Assembly: GCA_041690135.1 (NCBI GenBank) | Contig: JAWLHY010000005.1 | Location: 340,106 to 404,105 of the forward strand | Length of the DNA: 64,000 nucleotides | Reading direction: 5' to 3' | Origin: Armatimonadota bacterium | GTDB lineage: Bacteria > Armatimonadota > SYMT01 | In this document: positions 41,678 to 50,972 of the stretch, piece after piece | How positions within the stretch are numbered: position 1 is the stretch's first letter | Layout: each line of letters begins with the position of its first letter | Made by a program: the position numbers and the translations under genes | Notes under the pieces: model-generated | The model's input: only the letters and a program-made list of their open reading frames with translations | What the model was told of the DNA's origin: nothing | Databases searched by the model: none

Positions 41678-44600
41678 TTACTTCCTGCGCCGTTGTAGGG
41701 CCCATACCAGCCCCGCGCCCAATACGGCGCCGGTTCCCACGATGGCGGCGGTGCGGAGGGTAGCGGCCGCCTTGTCCGCCGCGTCCTCTTCGAGGCGGTC
41801 GAATGCGCTTTCCGGGTAGTCGCGGGGCACCGGCTCGTCCTGGCGCAACGCCATCCGGAGCACCTGGGCCAGGTGGAGGGCCTCGCGATCCGTGGTCTGC
41901 CGGATCTGCTCGTGGCAACTGAATCCGTCGGTGATGATCAGCGCGTCCTTGGGGGCTTCCCGGACCGCCGGTAACAGTACCCGCTCGCCGCATTGCATGG
42001 AGACCTCGTACTTGTCGCCCGGTTCGAAACCGAAGGCGCCGGCCATCCCGCAGCAGCCGGAGTTGAGGACCTGGAAATCGAGGCCCATCGCCTCGAACAG
42101 CTCCCGGTCTGCATCCAATCCGGCCGTGGCCTTGTGGTGGCAATGGCCATGCACGACCGCCTGGCGCGTCAGGTCCGGCAGCTCGAAGTCGGGAGCCCTC
42201 TCGCGCAGGAACTCACCGAGGAGGAAGGTCTGCCGCTGCAGTCGCATGGCGTCCTCGTGGTTCGGGAACAGGTTCGTCAGCTCTTCGCGGAAGACGGACA
42301 TGCAGCTCGGTTCCAGGCAGACCACGGGGACACCGGCCTGGATCTCGGGCTGCAGCTCCGTGAGGATCTGTCGCAGCCACTGCTTGGCGGTGTCGAGGAA
42401 CCCCCAGTCGTAGAGGGGCCGGCCGCAGCAGAAATCGCGCTGCGGCACGCGGACCTCGAACCCGGCCGCCTCCAGTACCTCCACGGCGGCCTGTGCGATC
42501 TCCGGGTGGAAGTGGTTGTTGAAGGTGTCCGGCCAGAGGATGACGGGACCGCGCCTGGAGTCTCGGCCCCGGGCCGACGCCTGGTTCCTGGCCCCAGCGC
42601 GTTTCTGGAACCACTGCTTGAACGTTTGGGGCGCGAAGGCGGGCAGTTCCCGGTCCGGGGCGATGCCGCCGGCGCGTTTCATCAGGTCGCGGAGACCGGG
42701 CGCGTGAGCGACGAAGTTGGCCATTCCCGGAAGCAGCGAAGCGAGACGCGCCCACCAGTGGATGAACCCGAAGATATAGGCCTGGCGGGGGCGCCGCTTG
42801 CCCTCGAAGTAGTGGGCGAGGAATTCCGCCTTGTAGGTCGCCATGTCCACCTGCACGGGACACTCCTGCTTGCAGCCTTTACAGGAGAGGCAGAGCTCCA
42901 GCGATTCCTTGACGTGCTCGCTCTGCCAGCCGTGCTCAAGCGGATCGCCCTGCAGCATCTCGAAGAGCAGCCGCGCCCGTCCGCGGGTGGTGTGCATCTC
43001 CTCGCGGGTGGCCATGTAGCTGGGGCACATCGTCCCCACATCTTCCTTGCGGCACTTCCCCACCCCCACGCAGCGCTCCATGGCGTAGCCGAAACTGAAG
43101 TGATCGCTGGGGAACTGGAAGTGGGTTTTCAACTCCGGCTGTAGGTAGGCGGCTCCGTAGCGCAGGTTGGTCGTGATGGGGTCGGCGTTGATGACCTTGC
43201 CGGGGTTCATCTTTCCCTCGGGGTCCCAGATCGCCTTGAACTCCCGGAACGCCTCCATCAATTCCTCGCCGAAGAGCTTCGGCAGCAGCTCGCCGCGCGC
43301 CTGGCCGTCGCCGTGCTCTCCCGAAAGGGAGCCGCCATACCCAATGACCAGGTCCGAGGCTTCGTCCAGGAAGCTGCGCCATTTGCGGATGCCCTCCGCT
43401 GTTTTCAGGTCGAAGTCGATGCGGGCGTGGATGCAGCCGTCGCCGAAATGCCCGTACACGGAGGTGTGATAGTCGTATCTCTCCAGGAGCTTGTGCAAAT
43501 CCCGGAGGTAGTGGCCGACCCTCTCCGGAGGGACCGCTGAGTCCTCCCAACCTTCCCAGTTTTCCCTTTCGCCCGGAACGTGGGAGGTTGCACCCAGGCC
43601 GTTCTCCCGGACATCCCAGATCATCTCCTGCTGTTCCGGGTCGTCGAACAGCTTTACACTGGGAGCATCCTCCCGGTCGCGCAGCTTCTCCATCAGGCGG
43701 CAGGCGCGTTCCCGGGCCTCCTCCACGGTATTCCCGCCGAACTCCGCAAGCAGCCAGCCGTTGCCTTCCGGAAAAAGGCAGATCTCCTTCCGGTTGAGGT
43801 CCTTCTTCCGCAGGTCCTCGATGAACTTGCCGTCGATCCCTTCCAGGCCCGTCGGCTGAAACTCCAGCACCTCCGTGACGTGGTCCGCGGCCTGGTACAC
43901 GTCCGGATAGCCCAGGAGCAGCAGCACCCGCTCGCGAGGGAGCGGAATGAGGTGGGTGGTGACCTCCAGCACGACCACGCAGGTGCTTTCCGTGCCGGTC
44001 AGCGCCCGCGCCACGTTGAAGCCGTTTTCCGGGAGCAGTTCGTCCAGGTTGTAGCCGGAGACCCGGCGCGGGAGCTTCGGAAATCGCTCGCGGATGAGGT
44101 CCGCGTAGCGGTCGCGGAGCGCCTTCAGGCGTCCGTAGATCTCCCCTTTTCGACCGCCCTCACGGATGATCCGCTCCAACTCCTCTTCCGAGGTGGGGCC
44201 GACCCGCATCCGGACGCCGTCGTAGGTGAGGATCTCCATCTCGTGGATGTTGTCGCTGGTCCGCGAGCCCAGTCCCGCCATCCGCGCCATCACGGAGTGC
44301 ACCCCGCAGGAGTTGTTCCCGACCATCCCTCCAAGCGTGCACCAGCGGTGCGTGGCCGGGTCCGGCCCGAACGTAAGGTCGTGCTCCCGCGCCGCCTTGC
44401 GCAGGGTATCGAGTACGCAACCTGCCTGGACCCGCGCCAGGCGCCGCTCCGGATCGATCTCCAGTACCCCGTTCAGGTACTTGGAGAAGTCCATCAGCAC
44501 GGCCACGTTGCAGCACTGGCCGGCGATGCTGGTTCCCCCGCCCCGCGCCAGGAGCGGCGCCCCGTACCTGCGGGCCGCGCCCACGGTCGCCACGACATCC

Positions 44601-44923
44601 TCCACGTTGCGGGGAATCACCACGCCGATGGGCACCTGGCGGTAGTTCGAGGCGTCCGTGGCGTAGAGCGCGCGGCTGCCCGGATCGAACCGCAATTCTC
44701 CGTCCAGCAGCGATTCCAACTCTTGCTCCAGGCGGTCGGCGGCGATCTCACGCCGGCTCGAGCGATTGGCGGGGGCCGTGGAAGCGTTCGGCAGGACGGG
44801 AAGCGGTTCCGGAGCGGTGGTTCCGGATTCCTGGCGGGTGGTGGCGGACATGCTCTCTCCCTTCGCGCGCGCCAGCCACTCGCCCGGGCGGACCCGTCGC
44901 GGTGGCCGGCGGTGGTTCGTCAC
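41678..44923 (-). CDS. FAD-linked oxidase fused to 4Fe-4S and CCG domains (YdiJ-like), paralog 2
   Basis: 1081 aa, same domain order as 2847..5927: FAD PCMH domain (GGGTSIAGQ), CLSCKGCKQECP, C-terminal CCG motifs. Lacks the EG/QK-rich insertion. Confidence 0.85.
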   Translation of the reverse strand: MTNHRRPPRRVRPGEWLARAKGESMSATTRQESGTTAPEPLPVLPNASTAPANRSSRREIAADRLEQELESLLDGELRFDPGSRALYATDASNYRQVPIGVVIPRNVEDVVATVGAARRYGAPLLARGGGTSIAGQCCNVAVLMDFSKYLNGVLEIDPERRLARVQAGCVLDTLRKAAREHDLTFGPDPATHRWCTLGGMVGNNSCGVHSVMARMAGLGSRTSDNIHEMEILTYDGVRMRVGPTSEEELERIIREGGRKGEIYGRLKALRDRYADLIRERFPKLPRRVSGYNLDELLPENGFNVARALTGTESTCVVVLEVTTHLIPLPRERVLLLLGYPDVYQAADHVTEVLEFQPTGLEGIDGKFIEDLRKKDLNRKEICLFPEGNGWLLAEFGGNTVEEARERACRLMEKLRDREDAPSVKLFDDPEQQEMIWDVRENGLGATSHVPGERENWEGWEDSAVPPERVGHYLRDLHKLLERYDYHTSVYGHFGDGCIHARIDFDLKTAEGIRKWRSFLDEASDLVIGYGGSLSGEHGDGQARGELLPKLFGEELMEAFREFKAIWDPEGKMNPGKVINADPITTNLRYGAAYLQPELKTHFQFPSDHFSFGYAMERCVGVGKCRKEDVGTMCPSYMATREEMHTTRGRARLLFEMLQGDPLEHGWQSEHVKESLELCLSCKGCKQECPVQVDMATYKAEFLAHYFEGKRRPRQAYIFGFIHWWARLASLLPGMANFVAHAPGLRDLMKRAGGIAPDRELPAFAPQTFKQWFQKRAGARNQASARGRDSRRGPVILWPDTFNNHFHPEIAQAAVEVLEAAGFEVRVPQRDFCCGRPLYDWGFLDTAKQWLRQILTELQPEIQAGVPVVCLEPSCMSVFREELTNLFPNHEDAMRLQRQTFLLGEFLRERAPDFELPDLTRQAVVHGHCHHKATAGLDADRELFEAMGLDFQVLNSGCCGMAGAFGFEPGDKYEVSMQCGERVLLPAVREAPKDALIITDGFSCHEQIRQTTDREALHLAQVLRMALRQDEPVPRDYPESAFDRLEEDAADKAAATLRTAAIVGTGAVLGAGLVWALQRRRK

Positions 44924-45006
44924 ACGGCGAGCGTGCTACTACGCGCATTCCCGTCGAGCCGGAGGGCCAAACCCGGGCGGGTGAGGAGGGCATGTGCGTG
45001 AACTAC

Positions 45007-45136
45007 GGCGGGGACGGTGCCCAGGGTGCCCTCACCTCCCTTGCCCTATGTGCGTTTACTTTGGCGAGTGCGGCGACCAGGGTGAACCCGGCCGCAAGTA
45101 CGTTACCCTCGGCGGGTACGGTGACCAGGGTAACCT
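45007..45136. promoter_or_regulatory. Triplicated ~30-nt motif containing GGTNACC half-sites in a divergent promoter region
   Basis: GGCGGGGACGGTGCCCAGGGTGCCCTCACC, GGCGAGTGCGGCGACCAGGGTGAACCC and GGCGGGTACGGTGACCAGGGTAACCTCACC lie between the divergently transcribed YdiJ-like gene and the desaturase gene. Each copy falls in a different reading frame, so it is not coding. Confidence 0.45.
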
Positions 45137-45707
45137 CACCCCCCTGCCCCCTCTCCGACACAGAGAGGGGGAGCCGACGCTCAAACCAAGGTGGTGGACA
45201 TAGATCGCGTTCGACGCAGCGGAGGTTGTAGCGCCGCAAAGTTTACGCGCATGCCCCTATCCCACCGCCTCGGGGCGCAAGCACCCCCTCGGGGCCTAAA
45301 CCTCTCGCACGCAGAGAGCGGGAAACCACGCGCGAAAGCACAGGGGAGTACGGTTCTGAACTACCGATCCACGCTCAGGTCGAGGCAAGGTAGCGGTTGT
45401 GGGATGGGCGGGTGAAGGTGAATCGTTGAGGGTCACTCTCCAGGGGCTTATGCCGTTGCGGCAACCGCCGTGAAAATTGGCGGTCCGCAGGCGAATCGAT
45501 GGCGGACGGATGCGATAGAATTCGCACTTGGAGAGCGACGACGGTTCCCTACCTCGCACGGGCCGACGGCGGGCTTGCCCTGCGTTGTCCGAAGGGTAGA
45601 GGGAACGGCGTTTCTGCCGTAGAATTAGGGACGGGTTGCCGGGTGTTCGTCCTGGCGCCTCCCTGTTGGTTGAACTACCCCTTGCCGCAAGTACGGAGAT
45701 CCCCTGG

Positions 45708-46505
45708 ATGAGTCTGGAGATCATGCGCGACCCGCGCATCCGCTCGGTCGAGTGGAAGGACCTCCTGGAGCTGAGCACCTGGGAAGTGGTTAAAGAACTG
45801 CTTCTGGTGTTCCCCTGGTTGATCACCTCCCTCGTTCTTGCCTATCACGGTCATTATATTTTCGCCCTGGGATTCTCGTTCATCTTCTTCCTCACCGGCC
45901 TTCGGGTGGTCCACAACGCGTATCATTACGCGATGGGAATCCCGCGCTGGGCCACCGAGTGGGTGATGTACGTTCTCAGCGTGTTGATGCTGAGCGCCAT
46001 GCACGCGCTGCAGCAGACCCACCTGCACCACCACAAGCACTGCATGGGCGACGACGACGCGGAAGCCGCCAGCGCCCAGATGCCGGGCTGGAAGGCCATT
46101 GTGTTCGGGCCGCGCTTCTACATCCTGATCCAGACCAAGGGGATCGAGCTGGCGAACGCCCGGCAGAAGCGGTGGATCATCGGCGAGTACATCTCCATGG
46201 CCATCTGGGTGCCGCTGGCGCTGTTCGTGCTCGACATCCCGCTGCTGAAGTACCACATCGTGGCGATGCTCATCGGCCAGTGCCTCACCGCGTTCTTCGC
46301 CGTGTGGACGGTCCACCACGACTGCGACCGCTCGCACTTCATCGCCCGGACGCTGCGCAGCCCGCTGAAGAGCTTCATCGCCTTCGACATGTTCTTCCAC
46401 GTGGAGCACCACCTGTTCCCCAAGGTGCCCACCTGCAAGCTCTCCACCCTGTCGAAGCGCCTGGACGCCGCCGCCCCCGAGCTCCAGCAGTATCAGGTGT
46501 ACTGA
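45708..46505 (+). CDS. Membrane fatty-acid desaturase family protein
   Basis: Histidine boxes HNAYHY, HLHHHKHC and HVEHHLF with intervening TM helices. Start at ATG 45708 (MSLEIM); the ORF-track start 45636 is an alternative. Confidence 0.75.
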   Translation: MSLEIMRDPRIRSVEWKDLLELSTWEVVKELLLVFPWLITSLVLAYHGHYIFALGFSFIFFLTGLRVVHNAYHYAMGIPRWATEWVMYVLSVLMLSAMHALQQTHLHHHKHCMGDDDAEAASAQMPGWKAIVFGPRFYILIQTKGIELANARQKRWIIGEYISMAIWVPLALFVLDIPLLKYHIVAMLIGQCLTAFFAVWTVHHDCDRSHFIARTLRSPLKSFIAFDMFFHVEHHLFPKVPTCKLSTLSKRLDAAAPELQQYQVY

Positions 46506-46899
46506 TCCGGCTCTCACCACGGAGACACAGAGGGCGTACGGAGGGGAAGGAACCGAACGTGACTCACCGCAGAGACGCAGAGCACGCTGAGGTAACGCAG
46601 AGAGGAAAATGAGGTTGGGTGGGTGCGTGAAGTCACGGGAAGGTGCTTTCTGACAGGGTTGCCAACTCGGAAACTGCTCTTCACGCAACGCCCAACTCGG
46701 TACTCAATTCATTCTCGCGGCGCCCCTCGTGGCAAGCGAGTTTCTGTGTATGGGGATCGAAGTCCAAGGCGACTGCAGATCGAATCGGCAGTCAGGACTT
46801 TATTTCCCTAATTCCGCTCTTTCTCTCTCTGCGCCGGCTCAGCGTCCTCAGCGTCTCTGCGGTGAATCCGGTCGGTCCGGTTCGGGGTTCGGAATCACG

Positions 46900-47781
46900 A
46901 TGAGTAGTAAGCTGGTTCTGGTGGGTGGGGCGAGTGGTCGGCTGGGGGTGGAGGTTTGCCGGGAGCTGCGGGAGCGCGGGAACCGGGTGCGGGCGATGGT
47001 CCGCAGTCCCCGGAAGGCGGCGGCGCTGCGGGGAGTGGCGGACGAGATCTGCGTGGCGGACGCGATGGACCCGCGCACGCTGCCGAGCGCGCTGGAGGGG
47101 GTGGACCGTGTCTTCTCGTGCCTCGGGGCCAGCGTGATCCCGATGCCGAAGTATGGGGGGAAGACGTTTACCCAGATCGACTACCCCGCCAACCGGAACC
47201 TGGTGGATGCGGCCGTGGCGGCGAAGGTGGAGAAGTTCGTCTACGTCTCCGTCTACGGCGCGCACAAGCTGCCCAAGGCCGACTTCATCCGCGGGCATGA
47301 ACTGGTGGTGGAAGCGCTGCGGAAGAGCGGCCTTAGCTACTCCGTCCTGCGCCCGACCGGCTTCTTCTCCGCGATGGACGAGATCCTGCTGGTTGCCAGC
47401 CGCGGCCTGCTGCCGGAGTTCAACGGCGGAACGGCCCGGACCAACCCGATCCACGAGGCCGACCTGGCCGTGGTTTGCGCGGACGCCTTCGACCAGCCCT
47501 CCGGCTGGGAGCAGGACGTGGGCGGCCCGGATCCCCTCACCCGCAAGGAGATCGCCGCGCTCGCCTGGCAGGCGCTCGGGAAAGAAGCCCGCGCCGTCCG
47601 CGTGCCGGTGACGGTGCTGAAAACGGCCGGCTACCTCTTCCGCCCCTTCTATCCCCGCGTCGGGCACCTGTTCGACTTCATCGCCGATATCCTGGTCGAC
47701 GACTTCGTGGCCCCCTGCTACGGCACCCGGCACATCGCGGACTACTTCAAGGAGCGCTACGCCGAAATGCGAACCGGTTAG
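46900..47781 (+). CDS. NAD(P)H-binding NmrA-like / atypical SDR family protein
   Basis: LVLVGGASGRLGVEVCRELRERGNRVRAMVRS is the Rossmann GxxGxxG motif of NmrA/epimerase-like proteins. ATG 46900 follows GGAATCACG. Confidence 0.75.
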   Translation: MSSKLVLVGGASGRLGVEVCRELRERGNRVRAMVRSPRKAAALRGVADEICVADAMDPRTLPSALEGVDRVFSCLGASVIPMPKYGGKTFTQIDYPANRNLVDAAVAAKVEKFVYVSVYGAHKLPKADFIRGHELVVEALRKSGLSYSVLRPTGFFSAMDEILLVASRGLLPEFNGGTARTNPIHEADLAVVCADAFDQPSGWEQDVGGPDPLTRKEIAALAWQALGKEARAVRVPVTVLKTAGYLFRPFYPRVGHLFDFIADILVDDFVAPCYGTRHIADYFKERYAEMRTG

Positions 47782-48003
47782 GGATCGCTTTAACCGCAGA
47801 GGCACAGAGGACGCAGAGGGCGCGCAGAGAGGAAAAGAGGGGGAGAGGGTAGCGGTCACCGGGCGCTTGCAGGAATCTCCATGGCGCGTGGGCCGTTCGC
47901 GACATTTGCAATCGAACCTTGTACCGGGAAACCCGGACAACGTGCTGGATCCTGCCCGGAGTCCGCGAGATATCTCGGCACGGCGGTCGTCAGGGTCGCT
48001 GCA

Positions 48004-48237
48004 GGGTGCGTTCTTCTACCCTTTCGGCCCCCGGGCTGCGCGGATAAGGATAACGATAAGGATTCGGAAGCTGAAGCCATAAACGAGCATCCATTCGCCT
48101 TGTCAGGGTGCGGGCTTCGGCCTTCTCGGCCCCCCAAGCTGCGCGGATAAGGATAATGATAAGGATTAGGATGCTGAAGCCATAAACGGGCATCCGTTTA
48201 CCTTGTTTGGGTGCGTGCTTCTGCCCTTTGGGACTCC
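48004..48237. repeat. ~104-bp tandem repeat, 2.3 copies, intergenic
   Basis: Unit ...GGGTGCG(T/G)(T/G)CTTC..GGCCCCC..GCTGCGCGGATAAGGATAA(C/T)GATAAGGATT(C/A)GGA(A/T)GCTGAAGCCATAAACG(A/G)GCATCC(A/G)TT... begins at 48004 and 48105, with a partial copy at 48210. It contains a GGATAAGGATAA core whose reverse complement (CCTTATCCTTATC) recurs at 15945-15978. Confidence 0.7.
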
Positions 48238-48721
48238 AATCATCCCACCCAGGAGGTATCTGTAAGCCCAGGACTGAGGGCTTTGTCCAGCAATGTGCGC
48301 CGGCAACTGCCCTCGTCAGCCCTGATCTCTGCAGACTCGCAGGGCGCTGGCGCCGCTTTCAGCGATTTCGCGTCTCGCAACTCCGTACGTTCTCGCGAAT
48401 AGGGCAGCACCTGCTCGGGGGACGCGGTGCGTATACTCATGCGTCCCCTCACCCCCAACCCCATGCCCCACGTCTTTCCTACTCCTACTCCTACTCCTAC
48501 TCCCCTCCCCATGCCCGCAGCCCCAACCCCAACCCTCTGCGTCCCCACTCCCCTACTTCGCTAACATCCACATCCTCATCGGCGAAGCCTGGGCAGGCAG
48601 AACGGGCACTTGCGCTGAATAGGTAATCAGAACGGGCGGAGACGGGCCCCTCCCGGGCGATCCCTCCCCCACTTCCGTTTTCATATCCGAGATCGAGAGA
48701 GTCCGAGGCAAAGGAACGAAG

Positions 48722-50002
48722 ATGAACCGACGAGAGTTCGTGAAGAATACGGCAGTCGGTGCCGGGATCATGTCGCTGGGCGCGGAGGCGTTCCAGCCGA
48801 GGTCGGTCCGCGGCGCCAACGAGAAGGTGGTGATGGCGGTCGTGGGGCTCAACATCCGCGGCGGCCAGCTCTGCTCCAGCCTGGTGAAGCTGGACCAGGC
48901 GGAGATCGGCTACCTCTGCGAGGTGGACGAGAAGGTCCTGGGCCGGGTGACCGGGCAGGTCGAGAAGAGCGGTCGCCGCCGGCCCGAGGGGGTCCGTGAT
49001 ATCCGCAAGCTGCTGGAGATCCCCGGCCTGGACGCCATCCTCGTGGCGATGCCGAACCACTGGCACGGCCCCGCCACCATTATGGGGGTGCAGGCCGGGA
49101 AGCATGTCTACTGCGAAAAGCCCGCCTGCCAGACCCCCGAGGAAGGCGAGATGATGATCGCCGCGGCCCGGAAGTACAATAAGGTGGTCCAGATCGGCAT
49201 GCAGCGCCGCAGCATGCCGGGCGTGCAGGAGGCGGTCCAGAAGCTGCGGGAGGGCGTGATCGGGAACGTCACCTTCGCCCGCGGCTGGTACAACAACCTG
49301 CGCTCCACCATCGGCAACGGCAAGGTCGCGCCCGTGCCCTCGCACCTCGACTTCTCCCTCTGGCAGGGACCCGCGCCCGAGCGGCCGTATAAGGACAACC
49401 TGGTCCACTACAACTGGCACTGGTTCTGGCACTGGGGCAACGGCGAGCTCGGCAACAACGGCATCCACGCGCTGGACGTCTGCCGCTGGGGCCTCGGCGT
49501 GGACTACCCCACCCGCGTCACTTCCGGCGGCGGCAAGTACCGCTTCCCCACCGACGACCAGGAAACGCCGGACACCCACACCGCCACCTTCGACTTCGAC
49601 GGGAAGTCGATCACCTGGGAAGGCCGCAGCTTCCACAAGCGCGGCTTCGAGGGCAACGGCTTCGGCATGGCGTTCTACGGCGACGGCGGCACCCTGCTGA
49701 TCGACGGCGGCGGCTACCGGGTCCTGGACATGAAGGACAAGGAAGTGGCGAAGGTCCCCGGATCCGGCGCCCAGGAGCCGCACCTGCAGAACTTCATGGA
49801 CTGCATCAAGAGCGGGAAGCGCCCGAACGCGGACGTGGAGGACGGCCATAAGAGCACCCTGCTCTGCCACCTGGGCAACATCGCGTGGCGGACCGAGAGC
49901 ACGCTCAAGATCGACCCGAAGACCGGCCACATCCTGAAGAACAAGCCCGCGGCCGCCCTGTGGGGGCGCGAGTACCGCAAGGGCTGGGAGCCGAAGGTCT
50001 GA
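48722..50002 (+). CDS. Gfo/Idh/MocA family oxidoreductase with Tat signal
   Basis: Tat motif NRREFVKNTAVGAGIMSL. MAVVGLNIRGG Rossmann motif. C-terminal block ...FMDCIKSGKRPNADVEDGHKSTLLCHLGNIAWRTESTLKIDPKTGHILKNKPAA. Confidence 0.85.
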   Translation: MNRREFVKNTAVGAGIMSLGAEAFQPRSVRGANEKVVMAVVGLNIRGGQLCSSLVKLDQAEIGYLCEVDEKVLGRVTGQVEKSGRRRPEGVRDIRKLLEIPGLDAILVAMPNHWHGPATIMGVQAGKHVYCEKPACQTPEEGEMMIAAARKYNKVVQIGMQRRSMPGVQEAVQKLREGVIGNVTFARGWYNNLRSTIGNGKVAPVPSHLDFSLWQGPAPERPYKDNLVHYNWHWFWHWGNGELGNNGIHALDVCRWGLGVDYPTRVTSGGGKYRFPTDDQETPDTHTATFDFDGKSITWEGRSFHKRGFEGNGFGMAFYGDGGTLLIDGGGYRVLDMKDKEVAKVPGSGAQEPHLQNFMDCIKSGKRPNADVEDGHKSTLLCHLGNIAWRTESTLKIDPKTGHILKNKPAAALWGREYRKGWEPKV

Positions 50003-50461
50003 TCGGCTCCGGACGAGAGTCCACAGATTACGCAGCGCATGCGTCCGAATGGAATGGGAAAGATGGGAAAGATGGGGCTCCGCGGGTGCGCGGGGCCCCG
50101 CCTTTATCCCGTTCGGGTGCGTTCAGGCCGGTAGCTTTCGCAGAGTGGCCGCGTCGTGGGGAGTGGAGCAGGACATGAAGAGTGACCGTCGCTATCCGAC
50201 GCCGATAGAGACCGGTGAAAAAGTGCTGCGGAAACTTCGGGAGATGTCCCGAGAGGAGATCGAGGAGGCGATTGACCGGGAAGGTCGCCGCCTACAGGAA
50301 GCGGCGGCGCGGGGGTGTGCCCAACGCCGCGAAGAGCTCGCCCGCCGCTGAGTGCCACTCGGATTCCCAAGCCGTAGCCGGCCCCAAGCGCTTTGTGCTC
50401 AAGAATGACTGGGCGGCGGCGAAGCTCGTGGGCTGCTTTGCCCACGAGTCGCACCTGGAGA

Positions 50462-50648
50462 ACTTCACGGATGCATCAAGAGCGGCAAGCGCCCGAACGC
50501 GGGCGTCGAAGACGGCCACAAGTGCACGCTCCTGTGTTTATTAGGAAACATCGCTTACCGCCCCGAGAGCACGCTGAAGATCGACCCGAAGACCGGTCAC
50601 CTCCTGAAGAGCAAGCCCGCCGCCCTCTGGGGGGCGCGAGGACCCTAA
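50462..50648 (+). pseudogene. Remnant of the 3' end of a Gfo/Idh/MocA oxidoreductase gene
   Basis: Translates to CIKSGKRPNAGVEDGHKCTLLCLLGNIAYRPESTLKIDPKTGHLLKSKPAALWGARGP. This matches the last ~60 residues of the intact gene at 48722..50002 (nucleotide identity roughly 80%). It has no N-terminal body and no start codon. Confidence 0.7.
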
Positions 50649-50972
50649 GGGCTGTGCGCCCAAGGGCTAAGCAGCAAGGCCGCCTAGTCAACCAAGTAAG
50701 CCTATTAATAGCCACTTGCTGCCAGGTCTTTGCATTGGAATGAAGCCTTCGGGGATTTCGTTGGACACGATCATCCGCCAATCCATTTCTACACAAGTGC
50801 AGGCCAGATGACGCGTACTGCACAGGGTCGATGATCCAAATGATAGTCCGCAAGGAATACATTACTTATTCACCCCGGTCGGTATCTGGCCCTGCTGACG
50901 TTAGGTAGGCGCCTCCATTGACTTGGCGTGCATCGAGCCGCCGTGTATTTCAGGCGCGGGTTTTGCAACAGA

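Noticed and set aside
44902-45231. ORFs 44902..45231 and 44994..45203 containing GG(D/Y)G(D/A)QG peptide repeats
   Set aside because: Each copy of the underlying 30-nt DNA repeat falls in a different reading frame, so the periodicity is at the nucleotide level. The region is a divergent promoter.
47990-48548. Minus-strand ORFs 47990..48193 and 48240..48548 (ILILIIILI..., GVGVGVGVG...)
   Set aside because: Their unusual peptides are direct translations of the tandem DNA repeats (GATAAGGATAA, GGAGTA hexamers), not genuine coding sequence.
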